64,000 nt of DNA, from the IMG/VR virus record IMGVR_UViG_3300013126_000011. The stretch is one strand, 5' to 3'. Position numbers and translations under genes: made by a program. This DNA is from a virus. The notes beneath the pieces were generated by a model. The model was not told the DNA's origin. It did not search any database and saw only the letters and a program-made list of their open reading frames with translations. This document shows positions 48,646 to 57,309 of this stretch, piece after piece. Every line of letters starts with the position of its first letter. Within the stretch, counting starts at the first letter, position 1.

Positions 48646-49653
48646 TTGCACAATATCGATTCAATCATTGAACGTCAATTAACCAGAGAATCCCTAATCA
48701 AGCGTATTGATGAAGATTTGTGGGAAGGTAAACAGCCAGTTACATTTTCTGGTCAAGATTCAGAAAGATTTCTAGCTAACGCAATCAACACTATTTGTGC
48801 TGATGGTCCAAAATCGTTGTCTTTGGGCGATCTTGGAACATACGAAGTTGTAGGCGCTAGATCTGTTGCTGGAGGCTTTCCGGAACCAAAGGCAGATATC
48901 GCGATTACATTAAAGACCGGTCAAGAGTTTGGAATTTCCATGAAGAAGGAGAATTTCGAGTTTCTTGAAAACTGGATGGACAAGGACAAGTTGTACGGGA
49001 GACTTCAGCAAGTAGGAATGACACCAGAAGAATCTGAAGCTGTCGTAACTCGTCTTATAAGTCAAGCGAGATTGTCAACAGAACAGCTAGCTGACGTGAT
49101 TCAAAGAGAGCGCGAAGCCTTTACCAGCCGCGTTCAGGAGCTTGTTCCAGGTTATCGATATCCAGATAGAATCTCCAAGGACGTAATGAATCAACTCGCC
49201 AAGTACGACGAATTCCGTACAGCAGCAGGAACGTTCTCGATTGGTGGATTTAAGATTGCAAATTACTATGTCAAGCTTTCTGGATTGTTTGGTGAACGTT
49301 ACGGTGAATTTCTGAAACTTATCGTTGAAGGTGGCGATGATAATCCAAAGAAGGCTGATGGCATTTTAGTTGCCGATGTTGACGGAACAGTCAAAAATAT
49401 CGAACAACTGCAATTGATTCTTGATCGTATTAAGTCCGTTGAAACAATCGTAAAAGAATACAAGGCAGATCCAAAAATAAACATTGCTTTCAGGCTTCGA
49501 CCAATTACGTTAACAAGAACAACGTATTCTAGAACGAATGCCAACAAGTATCGAGTAGGCAAGCGATTTTATGAGAATCCAGAGTTAGGCGTAAGTTGGA
49601 CAGTATCGGTTGTGTCGGTTGGAGCAAAAACAGAACCAGATGAAGAGGAATAA
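48646..49653 (+). CDS. Putative PD-(D/E)xK/restriction-like nuclease, possibly virion-packaged
   Basis: EPKADIAITL...GISMKK; late-type motif CTAGTTATT at 48610. Confidence 0.45.
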   Translation: MHNIDSIIERQLTRESLIKRIDEDLWEGKQPVTFSGQDSERFLANAINTICADGPKSLSLGDLGTYEVVGARSVAGGFPEPKADIAITLKTGQEFGISMKKENFEFLENWMDKDKLYGRLQQVGMTPEESEAVVTRLISQARLSTEQLADVIQREREAFTSRVQELVPGYRYPDRISKDVMNQLAKYDEFRTAAGTFSIGGFKIANYYVKLSGLFGERYGEFLKLIVEGGDDNPKKADGILVADVDGTVKNIEQLQLILDRIKSVETIVKEYKADPKINIAFRLRPITLTRTTYSRTNANKYRVGKRFYENPELGVSWTVSVVSVGAKTEPDEEE

Positions 49654-49988
49654 TGCACCATATTGATCTGTGCGAAGCCTATAAGAACAAAGAAAAGTAC
49701 ATCACTGTAGATTACTTAGATTACGAAAGCGAAGATATTCGAGAACATAATGGGTTTTATTATCGAGTCTATCGTTGTTTCGCTGTCATCAATGGCGATT
49801 GTAATAAGTCCTGGTTAGTCAAGAGAGCTAATGCCAAAGAAGGTTGGGTAGAATTAGTAATCGAAAAAGATGATCCGCGAGACATTACCGATCACGAAAT
49901 CATAAAAGGTGAAATCGTAATTTTTCCGCTAAACGTTAATGGCGAATATTTCCCAATTGATTACAAGCAAAACGGAGTTGTTGAATGA
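49653..49988 (+). CDS. Hypothetical protein
   Basis: Coupled ORF. Confidence 0.4.
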   Translation: MHHIDLCEAYKNKEKYITVDYLDYESEDIREHNGFYYRVYRCFAVINGDCNKSWLVKRANAKEGWVELVIEKDDPRDITDHEIIKGEIVIFPLNVNGEYFPIDYKQNGVVE

Positions 49989-51625
49989 GCAAGCAATTAC
50001 AGTGTTTTGATGAAGAGCTTCGAAGCAAGTCTCTCAACGCTTCCAGAAAGCTAGCAAAAATCGTTGGCTCTACGCTAGGTCCGAGAGGAAGAAACGTAAT
50101 CCTTCACGGTGATGGAAGAAGTCCGATTATCACAAAAGATGGTATTACAATTTCTCGTGTTGTCCAGTTTGATGATCCTGCCGAGCAAACCGCTGCCAGC
50201 ATAATCAAACAAGCGGCAGAAAGTACCTCAAATGACGCCGGAGATGGCACTACAACGACGACGGTGTTAGCAGATGCAATCTTGCAACAGGCAAGCAAGC
50301 ATATCGCTAGAAACGTGTCTCCCGTTGAAATTAAGAAGGGAATCGATCTGGCAGTCAGAACGGTTGTGACAGAGATTGAGCAGGTTGCTCGATCCATTGA
50401 AACCATTGAAGATGTTGAGAACGTAGCTACAATTTCTGCCAATAACGATAAGGTGATTGGAAAACTAGTTGCCAAAGCCATTGAGGCTGCTGGTAGGGAT
50501 GGAGTTGTTACAATCGAAGAGTCTCGAAGCGTAGAGACAACCATTGATGCTCTAGAAGGTTTTCGCTTTGATTCTGGATATTTATCAAACGCATTTATCA
50601 CAGATGAACGTCGAAAGCTAGTACGCTATGAAAACGTAAGAGTAATGGTCACTGATTATGATCTGTCCGAGGCAATGCAAATCAAGAACGCAGCAGAGTT
50701 GATTGCTCGTGATAACAAGCCTCTTCTTGTTATTGCCAATGAAGTAGAAGGAAAAGCACTTGCTGCTTTGGTTGCAAATGCTCTTCGAGGATCACTAAAG
50801 GTTGTTGCAGTAAAGGCTCCCAGGTATGGCGAGGAACGTCGTGATATCCTTGAAGATCTTGCTATTGCCACAGGAGCAAAATACTTTCGAAGAGACAAAG
50901 GTGATCTTTTAGAAGATATTCAGTTGATTGATTTTGGTATTGTAAAGACAATCGAGATTGATAAACACAATACCACGCTGATTGGTACTGGCGGAAAACA
51001 AGAAGCAATCGAACAAAGACTAGCCGATATTAAAGCTTTGTATGAAGCTGCAACGGAACCAGTCAATGCAGAAATGTATCATCAAAGAATGATTCGAATG
51101 AACGGTGGTGTTGTTGTCATTCGTGTTGGTGGTTCAACTGAAGTAGAAATGATTGAGAAGAAACATCGCATTGAAGATGCTCTGGAAGCTGTCAAGGCTG
51201 CACAAGCTTTGGGTGTTGTTCCCGGTGGTGGTTGTACTTTGGCAAAGATCGCTTGTAATTTACAGAAATCGAGAAACTCTGTAAATTCATTAATCACAAA
51301 AGAACAGCAGCTAGGTTATTATGCTCTTTTGGAAGCTTGTTATGCTCCAATTCTAAAGATGGTTGAGAATGCAGGCTTGAAGTCATATAACGTTATTCCG
51401 CATCTTCTGAGAACCAGCAAGAGAACGTGGTATGGAACAAAGAGAGTTGATACACATAGTCCAAATTTGGGATATGATTTCCTAAGTGAAGAATTTGTTG
51501 ATATGTATTCGAAGGGAATTATTGATCCTGCAAAGGTTGTAATTTTTGCTTTGCGTAATGCTGCAAGTGCTGCAAGCGCGCTATTAACTGCTGATGTAGC
51601 TTTGATTGAGGAAGGAAAAGAATAA
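49985..51625 (+). CDS. groEL: Phage chaperonin GroEL-like
   Basis: TLGPRGRNV, ITKDG, AGDGTTT, FDSGY, KAPRYG, IEDAL, VPGGG, IIDPAKV. Confidence 0.93.
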   Translation: MSKQLQCFDEELRSKSLNASRKLAKIVGSTLGPRGRNVILHGDGRSPIITKDGITISRVVQFDDPAEQTAASIIKQAAESTSNDAGDGTTTTTVLADAILQQASKHIARNVSPVEIKKGIDLAVRTVVTEIEQVARSIETIEDVENVATISANNDKVIGKLVAKAIEAAGRDGVVTIEESRSVETTIDALEGFRFDSGYLSNAFITDERRKLVRYENVRVMVTDYDLSEAMQIKNAAELIARDNKPLLVIANEVEGKALAALVANALRGSLKVVAVKAPRYGEERRDILEDLAIATGAKYFRRDKGDLLEDIQLIDFGIVKTIEIDKHNTTLIGTGGKQEAIEQRLADIKALYEAATEPVNAEMYHQRMIRMNGGVVVIRVGGSTEVEMIEKKHRIEDALEAVKAAQALGVVPGGGCTLAKIACNLQKSRNSVNSLITKEQQLGYYALLEACYAPILKMVENAGLKSYNVIPHLLRTSKRTWYGTKRVDTHSPNLGYDFLSEEFVDMYSKGIIDPAKVVIFALRNAASAASALLTADVALIEEGKE

Positions 51626-51888
51626 TGCAAATTGGAAATGTAACTCTGTCGAATTGTCTTTCTGTTGCTACTGGTGCTCCGATCTGTACGTGTATCACTG
51701 GCTGTCAAGCGTATGAAATGATTCCTCAAACACCTCAGACATTGCTTAGTGAAGCTGGTAGATGCCAGTTTGTTAACCCCGAAACCAACGTATGCACTAA
51801 GTGTATTCCGATGCTGCTGGCAGAACTTGAACAAGTTTGCCAACATGGGGACGAGGAATCAAGCCACCATGAGCGTCACAGCCACTAG
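51625..51888 (+). CDS. Small Cys-rich hypothetical protein
   Basis: Eight Cys in 87 aa; coupled to groEL. Confidence 0.35.
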   Translation: MQIGNVTLSNCLSVATGAPICTCITGCQAYEMIPQTPQTLLSEAGRCQFVNPETNVCTKCIPMLLAELEQVCQHGDEESSHHERHSH

Positions 51889-51907
51889 AGCGTCTATCAG
51901 TTTTCTG

Positions 51908-51936
51908 TTGACAACTGAGTAGTGATCGAGTAGGAT
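51908..51936 (+). promoter_or_regulatory. Promoter of tRNA cluster
   Basis: TTGACA-N17-TAGGAT. Confidence 0.55.
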
Positions 51937-51946
51937 AGTGTCAGTT

Positions 51947-52023
51947 GGAAGAGTGGACTAATGGTAGGTCAGCACCCCGCTAAGGGAGTGACCCTGCCAA
52001 AACAGGGTCCGAAGGTTCGAATC
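51947..52023 (+). pseudogene. Truncated, decayed tRNA-Ser(GCU)
   Basis: GGAAGAG acceptor 5' strand, D arm, GCT anticodon, long variable arm, GAAGGTTCGAATC; 3' T-stem and acceptor strand missing. Confidence 0.65.
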
Positions 52024-52026
52024 ACC

Positions 52027-52686
52027 CTAGGTGGGCTGATGCACTCGTTCTTTTAAAATTGACAGCATTATGTCTAGATATTTTTGAGAGGTGCGAGGCT
52101 TAACGTATCTTTGTGCGCTAGTGTCAACAATGCACAAACTAATTCCTGCTTCTCCGCAAGCCTGGAATTTACGGTGATCGTTGTTTTGAGTTGATTGAAG
52201 TTTTGCTTCACCGAAAATTGGTTCATAGTGAAAGATGCCATTCAGTTCAAAAGCTAGCTTGAGAGATGGAATGTAAATGTCGAGTTCTGAATTGATGGCG
52301 TCTTTGCGGTTGAAGTGAATTTCGAGGTTCGGATAAAGTGTTGTGAGTTGCCCTTCCAGCCAGCATTCAAGCTTTGAACGACGTAAGCCGGAAAGGCGAT
52401 TTCTAGGGGTATGCGTATTATTGTAGGTGGCAGCACAAGAATGAGAACAAAAGTTATTTTTAGATCTAATTTGGGAGGGAGTTTTATAAAACTCTTTATT
52501 GCATTGTTGACAACAAACGAAAAGTGATGTTTCGCGATGTTTAAAGAGGCAGCTTTGACTACAAAAAACGGGAATGGTAATCATGCCCTCTTTTTTAAAT
52601 TGTTCTCGCACTTTTTTTGAAAAGTCGCCAATGCGTCGAGTAATGATTTTGTTACATGTAGCACACGTCACATTTAAAGTTTGCAT
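52027..52686 (-). mobile_element. Free-standing homing endonuclease (Zn-finger repeats plus Vsr-like nuclease)
   Basis: CATC, FCSQSC, CQQC, FCSHSC; RSKLE; ELDIYIPSLKLAFELNGIFHY. Confidence 0.8.
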
Positions 52687-52754
52687 TTTGTTTGTCCTTT
52701 GAATATTGCGTTAGTATATAGTATTGAAATTAAGTTTTCGACGTATTTAATTAC

Positions 52755-52838
52755 GGTGGTTTGCCGTAGTGGTCAGCGGAATTGGTTGCTAACCAATCTG
52801 ACCTTCGGGTCACGAAAGTTCGAATCTTTCAACCACCG
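52755..52838 (+). tRNA. tRNA-Ser(GCU)
   Basis: GGTGGTT/AACCACC acceptor, ATTGG-TTGCTAA-CCAAT, long variable arm, GAAAG-TTCGAAT-CTTTC. Confidence 0.88.
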
Positions 52839-52870
52839 CCGCAAGTGATTGTTTTTATTGAGGTTTTAGT

Positions 52871-52964
52871 GGAATGTTCGCCTAGTCTGGTTGTAGGCAC
52901 TCGCTTGGAAAGCGAGCAAGCGTCTGAATAAGGCGCTTCAGTCGTTCGAATCGACTACATTCCG
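52871..52964 (+). tRNA. tRNA-Ser(GGA)
   Basis: GGAATGT/ACATTCC, CTCGC-TTGGAAA-GCGAG, long variable arm, AGTCG-TTCGAAT-CGACT. Confidence 0.9.
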
Positions 52965-52999
52965 CCTAAGTGATTGATATTGCTGGTATTTTTAATTTT

Positions 53000-53090
53000 G
53001 GAAGATTAGCCTAGCTGGTAAGGCAGCTGCCTCGAAAGCAGTAAGGCGCACGAGCAATGCGTCTGGTCAGTTCGAATCTGACATCTTCCT
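53000..53090 (+). tRNA. tRNA-Ser(CGA)
   Basis: GGAAGAT/ATCTTCC, GCTGC-CTCGAAA-GCAGT, long variable arm, GTCAG-TTCGAAT-CTGAC. Confidence 0.9.
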
Positions 53091-53098
53091 CAATGCTT

Positions 53099-53133
53099 TC
53101 AACGACTTAAACAATTCAAAAATAAGTCGTTGA
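53099..53133. repeat. 11-bp perfect inverted repeat overlapping a -35 box
   Basis: TCAACGACTTA-N13-TAAGTCGTTGA. Confidence 0.6.
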
Positions 53134-53158
53134 CATTCCGATCCGACTCTGCTATACT
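53130..53158 (+). promoter_or_regulatory. Sigma70-type early promoter
   Basis: TTGACA-N17-TATACT. Confidence 0.7.
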
Positions 53159-53191
53159 GTTTCTGTTGGTTGGGAATGAAAGAAAAAGAAT

Positions 53192-53902
53192 ATGGCTTGG
53201 TCGAAGCGTTACCCCGCGTATCAAAAGCCCGAAATTGTCGAAGATATCACTTTCGTTGCTCGCCTGGAAAAGCTTCTGAACGTTCCGAATCTTCCTGCCA
53301 ACTATGTGACTGTCGTCAAGGACTTCCAAAAGTACCATAACAAGAATAACGGTCTTACTGCCGGTCAGGTCAAGTATCTTCTGAACATCGAAAACCAATT
53401 CAATGACGACAAGATTCGCGCTGCAAAGACGTGGAATGAGACTTGGGATGCCGAAAAGGCTCGTGTGTTTCATATCTGCTGTAAGTACTATGCGAAGCTT
53501 GGTCAGTACTGGAAGGAAGTTGCTGCCAAGGGTCTTGCCGATCCTGCTTACATTCCTAGCGAAAACGTCTACAACAAGATGGTCACGAACAAGTACGCGA
53601 TGAAGGTCATCGCTGCTGTTGATTCGGAAGCCACTTTCACTCTTGGTAGTTATGTAATGGTTCGCAAGTCTCCTGCTGCCAAGCAGTTGATCGAGCGCCA
53701 ACTTAATTGGCAGTTTCGCAACAAGATTGATTTCAGCAGCGATATTTTCATCGTTGTTGAAAACGAATCCGATGCTGTTGCTTCTAGCGCTGTTGGTTCG
53801 AAGCCTTATCGGATCATGAAGATTGACGATCCTGCGATGATCTTCGATACCGAAGAGCGTTTTCTTCGCAAGGCAAGCAAGAAGCTGGTTGGAGACAACT
53901 AG
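53192..53902 (+). CDS. Hypothetical early protein with C-terminal SH3-like region
   Basis: Follows strong promoter; FTLGSYVMVR...EERFL. Confidence 0.55.
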   Translation: MAWSKRYPAYQKPEIVEDITFVARLEKLLNVPNLPANYVTVVKDFQKYHNKNNGLTAGQVKYLLNIENQFNDDKIRAAKTWNETWDAEKARVFHICCKYYAKLGQYWKEVAAKGLADPAYIPSENVYNKMVTNKYAMKVIAAVDSEATFTLGSYVMVRKSPAAKQLIERQLNWQFRNKIDFSSDIFIVVENESDAVASSAVGSKPYRIMKIDDPAMIFDTEERFLRKASKKLVGDN

Positions 53903-53907
53903 ACATA

Positions 53908-54219
53908 ATGGCAAGATATCGAGTCTTCAAAAATGGTGATGTGTGTATTACCAATAGTAGATGGTGGAGTGGTTACAAGTTTGTAATGACTAAGCGTAAG
54001 GACAACAGCTTTAGCTTTGGCGCTAGCTTTGGCGCCATCGGATCTAGATCTAGATCTGCAATCGATTCAGACCAGTGTGGTGAATTGATTGTAATAATCA
54101 TTGATAACAAGATGATTCGAGATAGTAACGGTGAACGATATCTTTGCATGATCACCAGCGACGGATCGTTGGACTTGATTATTTGCTATGAACACGAGCT
54201 TGAGAAAGTGGAAATGTAA
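53908..54219 (+). CDS. Small SH3-like hypothetical protein
   Basis: FKNGDVCI...YEHELEKV. Confidence 0.45.
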   Translation: MARYRVFKNGDVCITNSRWWSGYKFVMTKRKDNSFSFGASFGAIGSRSRSAIDSDQCGELIVIIIDNKMIRDSNGERYLCMITSDGSLDLIICYEHELEKVEM

Positions 54220-54506
54220 TGATTTCAGTTGGCAGAGCATATAAGATTCGCAATGAAATCAAGTACAGTAAGGAAGTCTTTGCAACTCCAAAGAAAGATG
54301 AACAAGGCGCTTGGATAATCAAGTCAGCTTCAAAAAGTTACAACTTGCTAAATGAAAACAACGTTCTCGTAACTGTTTTGATGCAGCTTGAGAATGATAG
54401 TCGTAATTTCGAACGCTTTTTGTGTCTGGTTCATGAAGTGCAACTATATAACATTATCCTATTTGATTACGAATTAGAAGAGGTGCAAGAGCAATATGAA
54501 CAATAA
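54219..54506 (+). CDS. Small SH3-like hypothetical protein
   Basis: ISVGRAYKI...FDYELEEV. Confidence 0.45.
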   Translation: MISVGRAYKIRNEIKYSKEVFATPKKDEQGAWIIKSASKSYNLLNENNVLVTVLMQLENDSRNFERFLCLVHEVQLYNIILFDYELEEVQEQYEQ

Positions 54507-54798
54507 CAAGAGAGTACAACTAACTTTGACAGTTGATCTGGTCCATACACCGGTCATTGTGTTTCGGCACCTTGAAGATGCCAGGGTTAATCTTCAAAAT
54601 ATGCCAAGAACAATTGTTGAGGCAATTAAGGAGGAACGAGAAGATCTTTTGCACGAGAGAATTGATTTGTACATTTCGAATCTAACCAATTTGATTAGTG
54701 CGCTTGAAGATGCAAGGAATATTGGCTTGGGATATATTCGAGCCATGCAAGAAAAGGAAGAAGAAAATGTTGATGAAGGTTCAGGAAGTGACTCGTAA
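54496..54798 (+). CDS. Hypothetical protein
   Basis: Helical ORF with RBS GAGG. Confidence 0.45.
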   Translation: MNNNKRVQLTLTVDLVHTPVIVFRHLEDARVNLQNMPRTIVEAIKEEREDLLHERIDLYISNLTNLISALEDARNIGLGYIRAMQEKEEENVDEGSGSDS

Positions 54799-55057
54799 TG
54801 AGACAGGTACGTATAGCGTTGCTGATACGTATTTTGTGCGAGAACGTTATCTAGACTCTGGCGATGTTGCAGGAATTGTTGATTCCCCACAGCATGAAAA
54901 GCTTTTGCGAGAACAGAAGATCAAAGGTTGCACGCCAACAACCAAGTTTAGTCTTGTGACTCTCAAGAGTGGCGGAACACTTACGTTACTTGGTGAGTCA
55001 GATGCACTTTATGTCAAGTTTAACAGCAAGAATGGAAAGCAGCTTCTCAATGACTGA
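54767..55057 (+). CDS. Hypothetical protein
   Basis: MLMKVQEV..., start after AAGGAAG. Confidence 0.4.
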   Translation: MLMKVQEVTRNETGTYSVADTYFVRERYLDSGDVAGIVDSPQHEKLLREQKIKGCTPTTKFSLVTLKSGGTLTLLGESDALYVKFNSKNGKQLLND

Positions 55058-55715
55058 TGACAATGAATTCAAGTGCGAGTTTCTAGAGATTCCAGAGTAT
55101 CGAATATTTCCTGTTACAAAGGATACGGTCTTTAAGAAGGGTCGATATCATGGCAGCGTCTTTACTGTGCCTGGATATGGAACAAGCACTTGGGTAATTG
55201 CAGGCTATATCAAGGTCGACTGGAAGCAACTTCAGAAACAAGGATTGAGCAATCAAGAAATTCTTGATCGATGTATTACTTATTTGAACGCTCCAACAGT
55301 TATGGCTTCTGGCAAGGTTCGAAAGAACGCCAAAAACAAATATGATATGACGTTTGGCAGTTGTATTCATCACAAGTTTATCGAAGCAGACAATCAGCCT
55401 GTCATTGAATGTTATCTTACAACTAATAAGCATAATTCGAAGCATTTTTGGTCCGAGGGCATTCTTATGAGTGGTGGTATTGCTGCTAGAGGTGGCAAGA
55501 AGAAGCTTGAACAGAACGAAGACGTGCTAGACGATATTGTCGATCCAACTGTTGAGGTTATCGAATCTCTTGATGAAGACAAGATGCCCAAGAAGAAGGG
55601 CAAGATTCCCAAGGCTTCGAATAAGCTAATTAAGAAGGAAAAGAAGCCTTCAGGTCGAGTATGCGGTAGGTGCGGTCAGCCCGGTCATAATGCTCGTACT
55701 TGTGGCAAGAAGTGA
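55050..55715 (+). CDS. Protein with C-terminal CCHC zinc knuckle
   Basis: CGRCGQPGHNARTC after a Lys-rich linker. Confidence 0.6.
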   Translation: MTDDNEFKCEFLEIPEYRIFPVTKDTVFKKGRYHGSVFTVPGYGTSTWVIAGYIKVDWKQLQKQGLSNQEILDRCITYLNAPTVMASGKVRKNAKNKYDMTFGSCIHHKFIEADNQPVIECYLTTNKHNSKHFWSEGILMSGGIAARGGKKKLEQNEDVLDDIVDPTVEVIESLDEDKMPKKKGKIPKASNKLIKKEKKPSGRVCGRCGQPGHNARTCGKK

Positions 55716-55735
55716 TGAATAAGGACTGAAAATAA

Positions 55736-56254
55736 TTGCCAAATGACGCTTATAATGCCCTCTGGAACGATTTTGTAAATGAAACCCTAGAAGAGTCCTA
55801 TGACTACCAGAAGAGCGTGAAAAAAGGCTATCCTGAGCGTAAAAACGCTATTCTAACGGGTGGCAAGAAGCCGGTAAAGACCGGTAAGCCATTTGTGGTA
55901 AACCCGCCAAAAGAACGAAGCAAGTCAGCGCCTCCTGGGGCTGGTGTGTTTCAAGAATCAATCGATCAAGAACATTGGATCGGCAGTGTTGTTTTTGTAA
56001 AGCCGCTCAATGTATATGGAGTTGTTGAAGATAAAATAGAAGAGGGTGGACAATATACGTATCAAGTATCCTATTGGGATAAGAACAATAATGCAGTCAA
56101 AGCTTCCAATGGCGCGCCTTCTGGTTGGCATAGAGCAGATGAATTGTATGATCAAGAAGGATTGACTGAATCTTCTGGTATGTCATCTGGCGCTATAGCT
56201 GGCTCTGTCAACAATAATGTTTTTGGTTTATCTGACGAAGAAATGGGAAGATAG
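55736..56254 (+). CDS. LxE-motif virion-type protein
   Basis: TLEES, VFQES, GLTESS; RSKSAPPG. Confidence 0.5.
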   Translation: MPNDAYNALWNDFVNETLEESYDYQKSVKKGYPERKNAILTGGKKPVKTGKPFVVNPPKERSKSAPPGAGVFQESIDQEHWIGSVVFVKPLNVYGVVEDKIEEGGQYTYQVSYWDKNNNAVKASNGAPSGWHRADELYDQEGLTESSGMSSGAIAGSVNNNVFGLSDEEMGR

Positions 56255-56255
56255 A

Positions 56256-56585
56256 TTACTTTACAAGTTGAATAACAATGTTTGCTGCTGTCAGGAGAGC
56301 GGCAAGAGAAGCAATGGCTACTGCTACAATTCCCCAAAACCGTGCTTTTTCCTTGACAGACGTTTCGATTTCAGTTTTAAAAGCAGTATAATCTAGCCTA
56401 AATTTACTGACTTCTGTGTTCGTTTCGATGCTTTCTTTATGGTTGTTTTCGATGCGCTGAATCAACTGCTCTTCCATCTTTTCACCGGAAGCGCTGAGAT
56501 TCTTTAGTGTTTCGTTGACGCCACCCATCCAGCTATACAGTTCTTTTACGTTCTCGTTTGTCATCAGTTGTTTTTCTGGTGGCAT
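56256..56585 (-). CDS. Coiled-coil protein with C-terminal transmembrane helix (holin/XhlA-like)
   Basis: FWGIVAVAIASLAALLTAANIVIQLV C-terminal anchor. Confidence 0.5.
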   Translation of the reverse strand: MPPEKQLMTNENVKELYSWMGGVNETLKNLSASGEKMEEQLIQRIENNHKESIETNTEVSKFRLDYTAFKTEIETSVKEKARFWGIVAVAIASLAALLTAANIVIQLVK

Positions 56586-56651
56586 TCTTTGAGTATCCCT
56601 TCAGGTTGTAGAATTCGTAGTATTTTAGAGCGTCGTTTCTTTCAACTATAA

Positions 56652-57200
56652 CTATTGAGAAAAACGGCAATTGTCGTGTCCGTGGCAGGTTCCGAAGAGA
56701 TTTTTGTAGATACATTTGTTGTCTTTGGCTACTAAGCCAAAATCAGGCGGGATAAGTACTGCGTAGCCATATGCACCATCTTTGCTGATGATTTCTAACG
56801 AATGAATGTCTTTGGGTTTTAAGTATGCGATGTTTCGATATTGTGTTTTGCTGAGAGGAATCGATTGACTTTCAAGATGCAAGATCGCTTCGCCACCTTC
56901 GACGACAATCATTTCATTCGAATCTTCATGGACGTGCAATTCAGCCTTGTGAGGTCCATCGACTTTCCAGTTGACAATCAGAATGTTACCATCACAATAT
57001 TCAGCCCATATTTGAAAGCCATTGTAATTCAAGATTTCTTTTTCAAATTGTTTGGAGTAAGAGAAGAATGCTTTTCCCTCTTCTACCATTTTTCCGAAGC
57101 TTTCACGGAAACCGTCAATTTTTGTTAATAGTAGCTTTTGTTGAGATTTTAGAGTAGCATATTCATCAGCAAGTACGTGCGGATTTGTTTGTTGTGACAT
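56652..57200 (-). CDS. Cupin-domain protein
   Basis: LHVHEDSNEMIVVEGG...YLKPKDIHSL. Confidence 0.65.
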   Translation of the reverse strand: MSQQTNPHVLADEYATLKSQQKLLLTKIDGFRESFGKMVEEGKAFFSYSKQFEKEILNYNGFQIWAEYCDGNILIVNWKVDGPHKAELHVHEDSNEMIVVEGGEAILHLESQSIPLSKTQYRNIAYLKPKDIHSLEIISKDGAYGYAVLIPPDFGLVAKDNKCIYKNLFGTCHGHDNCRFSQ

Positions 57201-57274
57201 ATTGACAAAACTTCCATGTTAAAAAGGTATTTGACTTCTGAAATAACTAGCGCTGTAGTTCTGGAAAGGAAACC

Positions 57275-57303
57275 TTGACAGCCGGGTTTTGATCGGCTAT
57301 ACT
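57275..57303 (+). promoter_or_regulatory. Sigma70-type early promoter
   Basis: TTGACA-N17-TATACT; ATG at 57310 suggests a leaderless transcript. Confidence 0.65.
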
Positions 57304-57309
57304 CTAGGC

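Noticed and set aside
53099-53914. 271-aa minus-strand ORF
   Set aside because: Antisense to a promoter-driven plus-strand gene
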